Shown: positions 28,016-37,244 of the stretch, one piece after another | How the letters are laid out: the number at the start of each line of letters is the position of its first letter | How positions within the stretch are numbered: the stretch's first letter is position 1 | NCBI GenBank assembly: GCA_963797095.1 | Contig: CAWCNY010000006.1 | Location: 832,001 to 896,000 of the forward strand | DNA from: an uncultured Chloroflexia bacterium | GTDB lineage: Bacteria > Chloroflexota > Chloroflexia > QHBQ01 > JADMIH01 | Length of the DNA stretch: 64,000 bases | Reading direction: 5' to 3' | Notes under the pieces: generated by a model | What the model was told of the DNA's origin: nothing | Databases searched by the model: none | What the model saw: only the letters and a program-made list of their open reading frames with translations | Translations under genes and position numbers: made by a program

Positions 28016-29443
28016 ATGGCTATAATCACTCTTGACAGTGACACAATCTCCCATACTCCCTTGCCTGCCCCTTCACCTAATGGTGTGGTAATAGCAGGGG
28101 CCGGCCTCGCTGGTCTCTCAGCAGCCAAGTACCTGAGCGACGCAGGCTACCGCGTGACCCTTCTCGAAAAACGGGAAGTGGCCGGGGGCAAGGCCTCTTC
28201 CTGGCAGGACGCCGACGGCGATTGGCTCGAAAGCGGCCTGCATGTCTTCTTCGGGGCCTACCGTAATCTCCTCGCCTTCCTGCGCGAGACCGACCTCCAC
28301 GACAACCTCGTCTGGATGCCCCACGCCCTCACCTTTTCCTCCGAGCATGGCAAACTCTCCCCTCTGGCTTTCCCTCAGTCTCTACCCGCCCCCTGGCATG
28401 GCCTGGTCGCCATAGCGCGCAGCCGGGGCGTGCTCACAGGGTTCGACAAACTACGAACAGGCATGGGCCTGCTCTGGCCTATCCTCTGCAAGCAAAGCTA
28501 CATCGATAGGCAAGATGCCATCTCCTGGGAAGCCTGGCACCACCGCCACGGCCTCAGCAGGCGCTCCCTGGGCGATTTCTTTGACACCATGGCCCTCGCC
28601 CTCAACTTCAACCCCGGCAGCGAGGTGTCGGCCAAGCTCCTCCTCACCGTCCTCAGCCACTTCGGCAAGGAGACCGACGCGTCGCGTGTGGCCTTCCTCA
28701 AGGGCGCGCCTGAGCTACGACTATTCCGTCCCCTTCTCAGCCAACTACAGGAGCGCGGTGTGGATGTGCGCCTCAACTCCAAAGTGCGCTCGATCCTCTA
28801 CAATTCCCACGAAAACACCATCGAGGGCTTTGAGATGGACGATGGCTCGGTCGTAAAAGGCGATGCCTACATATCGGCCATGCCGGTGCATAACCTCTGG
28901 AAGACCCTCCCACCCACCATGCGCTCCCTTGCGCCTTTCTCCGGCCTGCGCCACCTGCACGGCGTGCCCGTCATGACCGTCCAACTCTACTTCGACCGCC
29001 CCGTTACCGGGGTGGACAACCTCATCTTCTCCAGCCGCTCGCACATGTCGGTCTATGCCGAGCTAGGTGCCATCTGCCCCGACTTTCGGGAGAGCCTTGG
29101 CGGTCGCTCCATGGTGGAGCTAGTAATCGCCCCGGCAGCGGAATGGTTCAAGCTGGACGGCGCCTCCCTCACCGAACGCGTTATGAGCGAGTTCACCGCC
29201 CGCCACCCGAAGGCGTGCCAGGCAAAACTCCTCAAGAGCACTGTGGTGCGCATCCCGCAATCAGTCTACAAGGCCCGGCCCGGCACCGACCGCTACCGCC
29301 CCGACCAGGCAACGAGTGTGCCCAACTTCTTTCTCGCGGGCGACTACACCCGCCAGGACTATATGGCAAGCATGGAGGGTGCGGTGCTCAGCGGCAAACA
29401 GGCCGCAAGCCGCATCGCCGCCACCATCCCTGTTCGGGCATGA
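28016..29443 (+). CDS. crtP: 15-cis-phytoene desaturase, CrtP/PDS type
   Basis: GAGLAGLSAAKYL.DAG, GGKASSWQDADGDWLESGLHVFFGAYRN, ALNFNP, AGDYTRQDYMASMEGAVLSGK. Confidence 0.88.
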   Translation: MAIITLDSDTISHTPLPAPSPNGVVIAGAGLAGLSAAKYLSDAGYRVTLLEKREVAGGKASSWQDADGDWLESGLHVFFGAYRNLLAFLRETDLHDNLVWMPHALTFSSEHGKLSPLAFPQSLPAPWHGLVAIARSRGVLTGFDKLRTGMGLLWPILCKQSYIDRQDAISWEAWHHRHGLSRRSLGDFFDTMALALNFNPGSEVSAKLLLTVLSHFGKETDASRVAFLKGAPELRLFRPLLSQLQERGVDVRLNSKVRSILYNSHENTIEGFEMDDGSVVKGDAYISAMPVHNLWKTLPPTMRSLAPFSGLRHLHGVPVMTVQLYFDRPVTGVDNLIFSSRSHMSVYAELGAICPDFRESLGGRSMVELVIAPAAEWFKLDGASLTERVMSEFTARHPKACQAKLLKSTVVRIPQSVYKARPGTDRYRPDQATSVPNFFLAGDYTRQDYMASMEGAVLSGKQAASRIAATIPVRA

Positions 29444-30618
29444 ACCTCAACTCACTTATGTTCAAACACAGAAGCACGGGGGTCAAATTGGAGCAGCAGA
29501 ACATCCTCAGTTTCACAGGTGCAAGCGCCGGACACGCAACCTATCGCTGGCCTCGCGTCGCCCCCGTCAACCCGCCCTCCAGCCGGGGCGTATTGCAGCA
29601 GCTCCATGACTACCTCACTCCACCTATCACGTCGGCCATCCCCACGCGCCGCCAGATCAGGAGCGGCGCTTACGACCGAATGCTCGCTCACTGCATCGCC
29701 GAAGCGCAACGCCCCGACCCCCGCATGGCCTGGGCCTATCGCGCCTGCACAGACGTGATCCGTCAGCATTCCAAGAGCTTCTACTTCAGCGCCCGCCTCC
29801 TTCCCAACGGTAAGCGCCAGGGCATCATGGCCCTCTACGCCTTCTGCCGCCTCAGCGACGACCTTGTGGACCGTGCCGATCTCCATCGAAACAATAATAT
29901 CCACACAGCTCGCGCCGAAGCAGCCGCCGCCCTCAACTCCTGGGCCGAGCTAAATCGCCGCTCGACCGTCGCCCACGATAACGCTACAGTGGTCGCCTGG
30001 GCCGACACCCGCCTCCGCTGCTCCATCCCCGGCGAATTGGCCGACGACCTCCTGGCGGGCGTTCGGATGGACCTCACCGTCGACCGCTACGATACCTGGG
30101 ACGACCTGTGGCTTTACTGCTACCGCGTGGCAAGCACCGTCGGCCTTATGAGCATGTACATCACCGGTGCTGACACAATGGACGCCGTCCCATACGCTGT
30201 GCAGTTGGGTGTTGCCCTCCAACTAACCAACATCCTGCGCGATGTGGGCGAGGACCTTCAGGCCGGGCGCGTCTACCTGCCCCAGGAGGATATGGCCCGC
30301 TTCGGCTATACCTCCGAGATGCTTCATGCCGGGTTGGTCAACAGGCAGTTCATCGACCTCATGCGCTTCCAGATCGCCCGCGCCAACGCCCTCTACGACG
30401 CCGCCCTTCCAGGCATCTCCATGTTGCCCAGCGACAGCCGCGTAGCAGTGAGCGCCGCCGCCGCCGTCTATCGCGGCATCCTCGATAAGATCGCCTGCGC
30501 CAACTACGACGTATTCAATCGCCGCGCTCACCTCTCCCTTGGCGAAAAGCTAAAGGCGCTGCCAGGCATCTGGTGGGGTGCCAAACAACAAACACTAAAC
30601 GCAAATAAGCAAGCATAG
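29440..30618 (+). CDS. crtB: Phytoene synthase
   Basis: HSKSFYFS, YAFCRLSDD, YCYRVASTVG, LGVALQLTNILRDVGED...GRVYLP; ATGA overlap with crtP (start uncertain). Confidence 0.95.
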   Translation: MNLNSLMFKHRSTGVKLEQQNILSFTGASAGHATYRWPRVAPVNPPSSRGVLQQLHDYLTPPITSAIPTRRQIRSGAYDRMLAHCIAEAQRPDPRMAWAYRACTDVIRQHSKSFYFSARLLPNGKRQGIMALYAFCRLSDDLVDRADLHRNNNIHTARAEAAAALNSWAELNRRSTVAHDNATVVAWADTRLRCSIPGELADDLLAGVRMDLTVDRYDTWDDLWLYCYRVASTVGLMSMYITGADTMDAVPYAVQLGVALQLTNILRDVGEDLQAGRVYLPQEDMARFGYTSEMLHAGLVNRQFIDLMRFQIARANALYDAALPGISMLPSDSRVAVSAAAAVYRGILDKIACANYDVFNRRAHLSLGEKLKALPGIWWGAKQQTLNANKQA

Positions 30619-30663
30619 ATCGCACCAGCTACTTACAATAAATACAGACTGGAGACAACAAAG

Positions 30664-31368
30664 ATGGTCGCAACATTACAACAAGCCTCCTGGACAATAA
30701 AAGGCTACGAAAATACAAATACTCACAGAACAAAGGCAGCCGATCTCAGGCATGATCTTCCGCTTGCCTTCGACAATAGGCTGGAAAATAAAGCGGACGA
30801 AGAACTCGTGGGATCCATGGCGCATGGCAGTACGCAGGCCCTCGAAGAGCTTTACAACAGGCACGTGCGCAATTGCTACGGGCTTGCTATGAAGATAGTA
30901 CGCGACCCCCACCTCGCTGAGGAGGTCGTGCAGGATGTATTTGTCAAGCTCTGGAGCAAGCCATCCAGCTTCATCCCCGACCGTGGCAAGTTCGTCGGTT
31001 GGCTCATGACCCTGGTGCACAACCGCTCCGTGGACAAGCTCCGCCGCGCCAACGCTCAATCTACCGTGGCGACGATCACCCTCGACTTCGAGAACCGCCA
31101 TGGCGTGGCCCTCGCCGATGTTCTCCCCGACGAATCACCCTCGCCCGACGACCTTGCCTGGGCGCGGGAGCAGGGTGACGTGATCCGCGACGCCCTGCGC
31201 CGCCTCCCTGAGCCTCAGCGTCAGGCGATCTCGCTGGCCTATTTCGGCGGCCTGACCCAGAAAGAGGTAGCCGAGCGCCTGCAAGAGCCGCTGGGCACCA
31301 TCAAGACCCGCACGCGCACCGGCCTCCAACAACTCCGCCGCCTGCTGGTAGGGGCTGACCTCGAATGA
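30664..31368 (+). CDS. ECF sigma factor (SigK/LitS-like)
   Basis: AEEVVQDVFVKLW, WLMTLVHNRSVDKLRR, LAYFGGLTQKEVAERLQEPLGTIKTR. Confidence 0.93.
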   Translation: MVATLQQASWTIKGYENTNTHRTKAADLRHDLPLAFDNRLENKADEELVGSMAHGSTQALEELYNRHVRNCYGLAMKIVRDPHLAEEVVQDVFVKLWSKPSSFIPDRGKFVGWLMTLVHNRSVDKLRRANAQSTVATITLDFENRHGVALADVLPDESPSPDDLAWAREQGDVIRDALRRLPEPQRQAISLAYFGGLTQKEVAERLQEPLGTIKTRTRTGLQQLRRLLVGADLE

Positions 31369-32762
31369 AAGTGGTCGTAATAGGCGGGGGCCTTGCCGGC
31401 CTCACCGCCGCCGCCGACCTTGCTGCCTCCGGCGCGCAGGTGACCCTGCTCGAAAAGCGCCCTGTGCTTGGCGGTAAGGTCTCCTCGTGGGACGCCGATG
31501 GCTGGCCTGTCGAATCGGGCCTGCACATCTTCTTCGGTTGCTACACCGAGCTACTCGCCATGATGCGGCGCGTAGGTGCCTACCCCAATATCCTCTGGAA
31601 GGAGCATAGCATCCATGTCGCCCGCCCCGGCGGTCGCGAATCGCGCTTCCATTTCCCCTCCCTTCCCGCCCCCTTCAACGGCATCCTCGCCTTCACCACC
31701 AACGACCTTCTTTCCTGGCGCGAAAAGTTCACTAATGTGCGCGCCCTCATTCGCCCCTGGCTCCGCTCCCTCGACAAGGTCGCACAATGGGACGACCGCA
31801 CATACGCCCAGTGGCATCGCGCTTATGGCATCGACGAAGGTGTGCTCACCAAGTGGTGGAACCCCATCGCCCTCTCAATGGGCTTCCTGCCCGCCGACGA
31901 GATGTCGGCCCGTCCCATGACCACCGTCTTCCACCACTTCTCGCGCAAAGCCCAGGCATCCCGCGTTGGCTTCCTCGATGGCCCACCCGCCGAGCGCATG
32001 CATCGCTTCTTTGCTAACTACATCGAATCTCATGACGGCATAGTCCAACCCGACAGCCGCGTGTCCAAACTCCTGCTTTCCTGGCCTGAGTACCAGCCCC
32101 TCGTTGTCGGCGCGAAGCTAGAGACGGGCGAGGTAGTAGAGGCCGATGCCTTCGTGCTGGCGGCTCCTCTCCACAGCGCGCGCCGGCTGCTTCCGAGCAC
32201 TCTCAGGCAGATACCCTACTTCGACAACCTGTGGCGATTGAAGTCGGTCCCCGTAATGAACGTGCAGGTCTGGTTCGACCGCTACATATCGTCCACCGAC
32301 AACCTCCACTTCACAGCCGATGCCCCCTTCTCCGTCTTCGCCGACCTCGCCCTTACGAGTCCTATGTACGACCGCACCGGCGGCTCACTCGTTTCGATGG
32401 CTGTAGCCCCAGCCCGCCCACTCTGGCACCTGTCCGACGATGAGGTGGTGCAGGTATGTCTCGACGCTCTCCACAACCTGTGGCCCCGCACTCGTGGCGC
32501 AGGCATCCTCCACACCACCGTGGTCCGAATCCCCAACTCGATCTACCGGGAGGTACCCGGCAGCGATGCCCTCCGCCCCACCCAGCGCACTCCCATCCCC
32601 AACCTCGCCCTCGCAGGCGACTACACCCGCCAGGACTACATGGCCTCCATGGAGGGCGCTGTCCGGAGCGGCCATCGTGCCGCCCGCGCCCTGCTCGCCG
32701 GCCCGAGCGATGCGCTAGCCCCCAATCATGGTACAATGGACCAACTCGCCCTGACGCGATAG
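31365..32762 (+). CDS. crtQ: Zeta-carotene desaturase, CrtQ/ZDS type
   Basis: GGKVSSWD...GLHIFFGCY, WNPIALSMGF...MSAR, GFLDGPP, QDYMASMEGA. Confidence 0.82.
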   Translation: MKVVVIGGGLAGLTAAADLAASGAQVTLLEKRPVLGGKVSSWDADGWPVESGLHIFFGCYTELLAMMRRVGAYPNILWKEHSIHVARPGGRESRFHFPSLPAPFNGILAFTTNDLLSWREKFTNVRALIRPWLRSLDKVAQWDDRTYAQWHRAYGIDEGVLTKWWNPIALSMGFLPADEMSARPMTTVFHHFSRKAQASRVGFLDGPPAERMHRFFANYIESHDGIVQPDSRVSKLLLSWPEYQPLVVGAKLETGEVVEADAFVLAAPLHSARRLLPSTLRQIPYFDNLWRLKSVPVMNVQVWFDRYISSTDNLHFTADAPFSVFADLALTSPMYDRTGGSLVSMAVAPARPLWHLSDDEVVQVCLDALHNLWPRTRGAGILHTTVVRIPNSIYREVPGSDALRPTQRTPIPNLALAGDYTRQDYMASMEGAVRSGHRAARALLAGPSDALAPNHGTMDQLALTR

Positions 32763-32777
32763 CAGATTTACAAACCA

Positions 32778-33380
32778 ATGCAGACAACAGCCACCCTATC
32801 CAACACCAGACCCAAATCCACCGCCGTATCTACCGCAACCAGCCCATTCGTGCGCCCCTGGCTTCAAGACCTCTCGCTCTGGATCTTGCTGATCGGCCCA
32901 TTGACCGCGCCCTTCTTCGCCTGGCTCGGCTGGCCCATCCTCAAGCCCTTCGCCGATGCAATCTACCTGCTGGGCGCGATTGTCTGTCCCAAGCTGGGTG
33001 AGCACTTTATTGTGCTCGGCTACCCGATGTCGGTATGCGCTTCCTGCTGGTCGGCCGTCTTCGGTCTCTGGACAATACGTCTCCTCTATGGTCGCTCCGG
33101 TGAGGGTATGGGGCCTTTCGCCCATCTTGGCCTCGCGCCCTGGTGGCAGCGTTGGGCACAGACCTCCACACCCATAAAATTCGCCGTGCTGGTCGCCGGG
33201 TTCCTCCCCTGGGCCTTCGATGTAGCGGTGTGGGACCTCGGCCTCTGGGCAAGCCCCCAACCCTTCATGATGCTGGTCGGCTACATCGGCGGATTGGCAG
33301 CGGGCGCGCTCCTTCTACCCGCTGCATCTGCTATGCGGGCCACTCTGGCCGCAAAGCGCGCCCCGCACTACGCAACCTAA
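32778..33380 (+). CDS. DUF2085-like membrane protein
   Basis: AIY...IVCPKLGEHF..LGYPMSVCASC; about 4-5 TM helices. Confidence 0.7.
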   Translation: MQTTATLSNTRPKSTAVSTATSPFVRPWLQDLSLWILLIGPLTAPFFAWLGWPILKPFADAIYLLGAIVCPKLGEHFIVLGYPMSVCASCWSAVFGLWTIRLLYGRSGEGMGPFAHLGLAPWWQRWAQTSTPIKFAVLVAGFLPWAFDVAVWDLGLWASPQPFMMLVGYIGGLAAGALLLPAASAMRATLAAKRAPHYAT

Positions 33381-33385
33381 CCACC

Positions 33386-35062
33386 ATGTTGTCCCAGGTG
33401 GGCGCGATCCCCAACTCTCTCCGGTCCCTCCAAAGCCGCTATCCCCTCACAGTCCAGGCATTTGCAGAGATGCCCGCCGGTGCGCGCTCCCTCCAGGCCA
33501 TCCTCGACCTTGAGAACAGATGGATCGCCCTCAACACAAGCCATAATCACCTCCTTCCCTTTGCCCACGTGCCATCTCAGGCCGATCTACCAACCTGCTC
33601 TCCAGAAAACTGCTACGACATAGTGATAGCAGGCGGCGGACTGGGCTTGGTGGCGGGCGTCGCCTTCGCACGCCGCGGCCTGCGCGTGCTCGTCTTCGAC
33701 CGCGATAAAGTTGGATCTGCCCATCGCGAGTGGAATATCTCCGAGCGCGAGTTACAAGCCCTCACGCGCTGGGGCATATTCGCCCCAGGCGACCTCGCGG
33801 AGACGGTCGCCGCCCGCTACAATCGCGGCCTCATAGCTTTCCACCCCGACGGCACAGGTGTGCCGTCCTGCCCACTTACCACTCACGGCGTTCTCGACGT
33901 GGCCCTCGACGCTCAATCCGTGCTCGACCTCGCCCGCAAACGGTTCCTGGAGGCTGGCGGCACCATCCTCGAAGGTCGCGCTTTCCGCAAGCTGCACACA
34001 GCCACCACCGGCCCTGTTGCCTCCGTCTTCGAAGTCCAGGGTCCGAACGGCACCGAGTTCTATCGCGCCCGCCTCGCGGTCGACACCATGGGCTCTGTTT
34101 CCCCAATCGCGATGGGCTTGAACGGTGGCCTCCCATTCGACGGCGTATGCCCCACCGCGGGCACCATCATAGAGGGTCTCGACCACGACAGCACCACAGG
34201 CGATGTGCTGGTAAGCATTTCACGCGCCGGCGAGGGGAGGCAGTTGATCTGGGAGGGATTCCCCGGCACCCCCGGCGAAACCACCGTCTACCTTTTCTAC
34301 TACGACCGCACCGGGCGAGAGCAAGCCCCCAACCAGCGCCTCCTCGACCTCTTCGAGAGCTATTTCAAGCTCCTGCCCACCTATCGCCGGATGGGGCCAA
34401 ATGCGCGCCACCGAAAACCCGTCTTCGGCTACATCCCCGCCCGCCACGGGCGCACAGGCCACACCGCCGCCAGGGGCCTACTTTGCCTGGGCGACTCTGC
34501 CGCTGGGCAATCCCCTCTCACCTTCTGCGGCTTCGGCTCCTTCGTGCGCCACATTGGCCGCGTTGCCTATCTTATAGATTATGCCCTCAAACACGATCTG
34601 CTCGAACAAAAACATCTCCGCCTGATCAGCCCCCACCAGGCCAACCTGCGTGTTGCCTGGGTCTTCAGCAGGTTCATGCAGCCCCACCCCGGCGACGACC
34701 CCGCCTCGGTGAACCGCCTGATGAACGTCTTTTGCCGCGCTCTGGATCAGATAGGCCCGCACACCACCATGCGCTTCCTCCAGGACCGCTACACCTTCTC
34801 CGAATACCTCCGCATAATGCTGACCACCGCCCGCCACTACCCGTCTGTCTTCGCCCTCACCGCCCGCGTGCTGGGCCCCACAGGGCTAGCCCATTGGGCA
34901 GCCGACATAGCCCACTTCGCCACCGACGAAACCGCCCGCACGCTCTTTCAACTAGCAGGCAAGCGCCCCTGGCAATACCTGGAGCGCGCAACCTCCCACC
35001 TGTCACCCGCCCTATCCCTACGCCTCAAAGCCTCCCGCACCGGCTGGCAAGCCCTCCGTTGA
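33386..35062 (+). CDS. CruA/CruP-family lycopene cyclase
   Basis: YDIVIAGGGLG, HREWNISE.EL, DTMG..SPI, VCPT.G, QLIWE.FP, GYIP, GDSAAGQSPLTFCGFGS.VR, FLQDR. Confidence 0.85.
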   Translation: MLSQVGAIPNSLRSLQSRYPLTVQAFAEMPAGARSLQAILDLENRWIALNTSHNHLLPFAHVPSQADLPTCSPENCYDIVIAGGGLGLVAGVAFARRGLRVLVFDRDKVGSAHREWNISERELQALTRWGIFAPGDLAETVAARYNRGLIAFHPDGTGVPSCPLTTHGVLDVALDAQSVLDLARKRFLEAGGTILEGRAFRKLHTATTGPVASVFEVQGPNGTEFYRARLAVDTMGSVSPIAMGLNGGLPFDGVCPTAGTIIEGLDHDSTTGDVLVSISRAGEGRQLIWEGFPGTPGETTVYLFYYDRTGREQAPNQRLLDLFESYFKLLPTYRRMGPNARHRKPVFGYIPARHGRTGHTAARGLLCLGDSAAGQSPLTFCGFGSFVRHIGRVAYLIDYALKHDLLEQKHLRLISPHQANLRVAWVFSRFMQPHPGDDPASVNRLMNVFCRALDQIGPHTTMRFLQDRYTFSEYLRIMLTTARHYPSVFALTARVLGPTGLAHWAADIAHFATDETARTLFQLAGKRPWQYLERATSHLSPALSLRLKASRTGWQALR

Positions 35063-35139
35063 CAGACAACATCGGCAAGGGCTAATGTACGCTCTCTATT
35101 CAGATGTTGAGAACTCTAAGCGGGCATGCCATGTAGACT

Positions 35140-35208
35140 TGTGCTTGGCGACGTGGGCGTGTGCTTGGCGACGTGGGCGTGTGCTTGGCGACGTGGGCGT
35201 GTGCTTGG
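35140..35208. repeat. 20-bp minisatellite, about 3.4 copies
   Basis: (GTGCTTGGCGACGTGGGCGT)n. Confidence 0.92.
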
Positions 35209-35240
35209 AGATGTACAATCCGATCTCTTGCCTCTTTGTG

Positions 35241-35283
35241 AAGCCCCTCCCCGAATTTTGGGGAGGGGTTGGGGTGGGGCCTT
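35241..35283 (+). repeat. Dispersed G-tract repeat, copy 2
   Basis: AAGCCCCTCCCC-GAATTTT-GGGGAGGGGTTGGGGTGGGGCCTT. Confidence 0.85.
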
Positions 35284-35390
35284 TGCTCACCTCTCCAAGT
35301 TCCCAAGAAGAATCTCAACGATCGGAATGAACGCTTTCACCCACCGCCTCATGGGCCGCAAAAATGCAAAGAAAAGATCTGTACCAAAGT

Positions 35391-35442
35391 ACACCTCAAA
35401 ACCTGTCCAGTTTTGTCCCGCCTTTGCCATTTAGTATGTGAG
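35391..35442 (+). repeat. Conserved 52-bp intergenic motif, copy 2
   Basis: ACACCTCAAAACCTGTCCAGTTTTGTCCCGCCTTTGCCATTTAGTATGTGAG. Confidence 0.8.
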
Positions 35443-35541
35443 ACCGAAAATAACCATCCCACACAAAGGAGGTGACAACTTTAGATCCAATTCGTTTTCT
35501 GATATAATACGCACGCACAAGCAGTGCGCAGGAGGAACACT

Positions 35542-35736
35542 ATGACTTCCAGGATTCTCTTCGGAGGCCTGCTATTGCTGGTGGGCATACTCTATTTCTG
35601 GCTGGCTTATATGAGTATCTGGCCTTCATTGCAGACCCAGGACATCGTAAGCTGGATGGGAGCGGTTCTCTTTCTGGCCGCTGGAGTGGCCGCAGCCTTT
35701 GCAGGCATCAACCTCGTTCGACCGAAGCGCCGTTGA
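35542..35736 (+). CDS. Small 2-TM membrane protein
   Basis: AGGAGG RBS, upstream TATAAT, two hydrophobic helices, basic tail. Confidence 0.75.
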   Translation: MTSRILFGGLLLLVGILYFWLAYMSIWPSLQTQDIVSWMGAVLFLAAGVAAAFAGINLVRPKRR

Positions 35737-35807
35737 TACCCGGTTGGCAGAGATCGCCTAACCGCAATACATAACACACAACCAACCCATCTGGGGTACT
35801 GAACCCT

Positions 35808-37241
35808 ATGCAATACAAAGAAGCCCTCAACTACATCAACAGCTTCACTAACTATGAGACGACCCCAGGTGTGGGCCGCGACCTGAACCAGGATGGCCTG
35901 GAGCGCGTGCACCTGTTGTTGCGCTTACTTGGGCGCCCCCAGAATAGCTTCAACAACGTTGTGATTGCAGGCACCAAAGGCAAAGGCTCTGTGGCTGCCA
36001 TGATAGAGTCGGTGTTGCGCGAGGCGGGCTATCGCACCGGCCTATATACCTCGCCCCACCTGCACACCTTCCGCGAGCGTATCCGCTCAGGTGGATCTCT
36101 GATTTCACCCGCCGATATGGCTCGTCTTACCGAGAAGGTCGTGCCCGTGGTAGAGCGGATCAGGGCGTTGGGCGACCCAACGCTCCTCCCGACCACCTAT
36201 GAGCTTGCGACAGCCCTTGCGTTCCTCTATTTCCAGGAGCGAGGCGTGCAATATGCGGTGCTTGAGGTTGGCCTGGGAGGCAGGCTCGATGCGGTGAACG
36301 TGGTAACCCCCATGGTCTCAGTGATCACCTCTATCAGCCTGGACCATACGGAAGTGCTAGGCGATACTCTGCCCGAAATAGCAACCGAGAAGGCGGGCAT
36401 TATCAAGCCCAACGGCAGAGTGGTGAGCGCTCCCCAGCAGGACGAGGTTATGGAAGTGCTGTCGCGTGTCGCCGAGGGTCAGAAGGCGCGCATAACCGTC
36501 ATCGGCAGGGAAGTATATGTGGGCACCGGCCACTTGCCCGAAGTCGTTTCCGATGATGCCGGGGTGCCTATCTATCAGAGCTTCACCGTCAACTTCGAGG
36601 ATGAATGGGGCACGCCCGCTGGCAGGTTGCGAGTAAGGCTGCCCCTCCTCGGCAATCATCAGCAGGTAAACGCCGCTGTGGTCTTGGCCGTGCTGCAAAT
36701 ACTAAAAGAGGAAGGTGCAGACCTCGACAGAGATGCTATCGTGAATGGGTTGTCGGGCGTGCTATGGCCTGGTAGATTGGAAGTCGTGCGTCGCGAGCCT
36801 ATAGTGATGGCGGATGGCGCTCACAATGTCGAATCGATCGCCAAGATCGGCCAGGCCCTTGCTGATCTCTTTCCCAAGCGCCAGGTGATCGTGGTATTCG
36901 GTACTTCGCGGGAGAAGGATATCGCCGGAATGCTGAAAGAACTGCGTACCTGGACCGACGGCATTTCCGGCCCCAGTGTCGAGCGACTAATCGTTACAAA
37001 ATCGAAGCACCCACGTGCTGCCGATCCAAAGGAAGTGGCGCACCTGGCCGTTGGCACTGGCCTGACCGTCGAGCTAAGGGAAGATGTGCGCTCCGCCCTT
37101 TCCAGAGCCGAAACTTCTGTAAAGCAGCTCGCCCGCGCCGACCGGCTCGACCCTGTCGTACTGGCGACAGGCTCCCTCTTCCTGGTGGCCGAAGCCCGTG
37201 AGGTTTACGGCCTTGCGCCCGATCTCTCTGAAGAGGGTTAG
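35808..37241 (+). CDS. folC: Folylpolyglutamate synthase / dihydrofolate synthase
   Basis: IAGTKGKGS, YTSPHL..FRERI, EVGLGGRLDA.N, WPGRLE, DGAHN, TGSLFLV. Confidence 0.96.
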   Translation: MQYKEALNYINSFTNYETTPGVGRDLNQDGLERVHLLLRLLGRPQNSFNNVVIAGTKGKGSVAAMIESVLREAGYRTGLYTSPHLHTFRERIRSGGSLISPADMARLTEKVVPVVERIRALGDPTLLPTTYELATALAFLYFQERGVQYAVLEVGLGGRLDAVNVVTPMVSVITSISLDHTEVLGDTLPEIATEKAGIIKPNGRVVSAPQQDEVMEVLSRVAEGQKARITVIGREVYVGTGHLPEVVSDDAGVPIYQSFTVNFEDEWGTPAGRLRVRLPLLGNHQQVNAAVVLAVLQILKEEGADLDRDAIVNGLSGVLWPGRLEVVRREPIVMADGAHNVESIAKIGQALADLFPKRQVIVVFGTSREKDIAGMLKELRTWTDGISGPSVERLIVTKSKHPRAADPKEVAHLAVGTGLTVELREDVRSALSRAETSVKQLARADRLDPVVLATGSLFLVAEAREVYGLAPDLSEEG

Positions 37242-37244
37242 GGC

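Noticed and set aside
29143-29439. Long N-terminal extension of crtB (likewise 33143-33385 for the cyclase)
   Set aside because: Lies inside the upstream gene; coupled or adjacent ATG starts exist at 29440 and 33386.
33730-35085. 451-aa alternative-frame ORF overlapping the cyclase
   Set aside because: Arg/Pro-rich translation expected from stop-poor C-rich DNA; no motifs.
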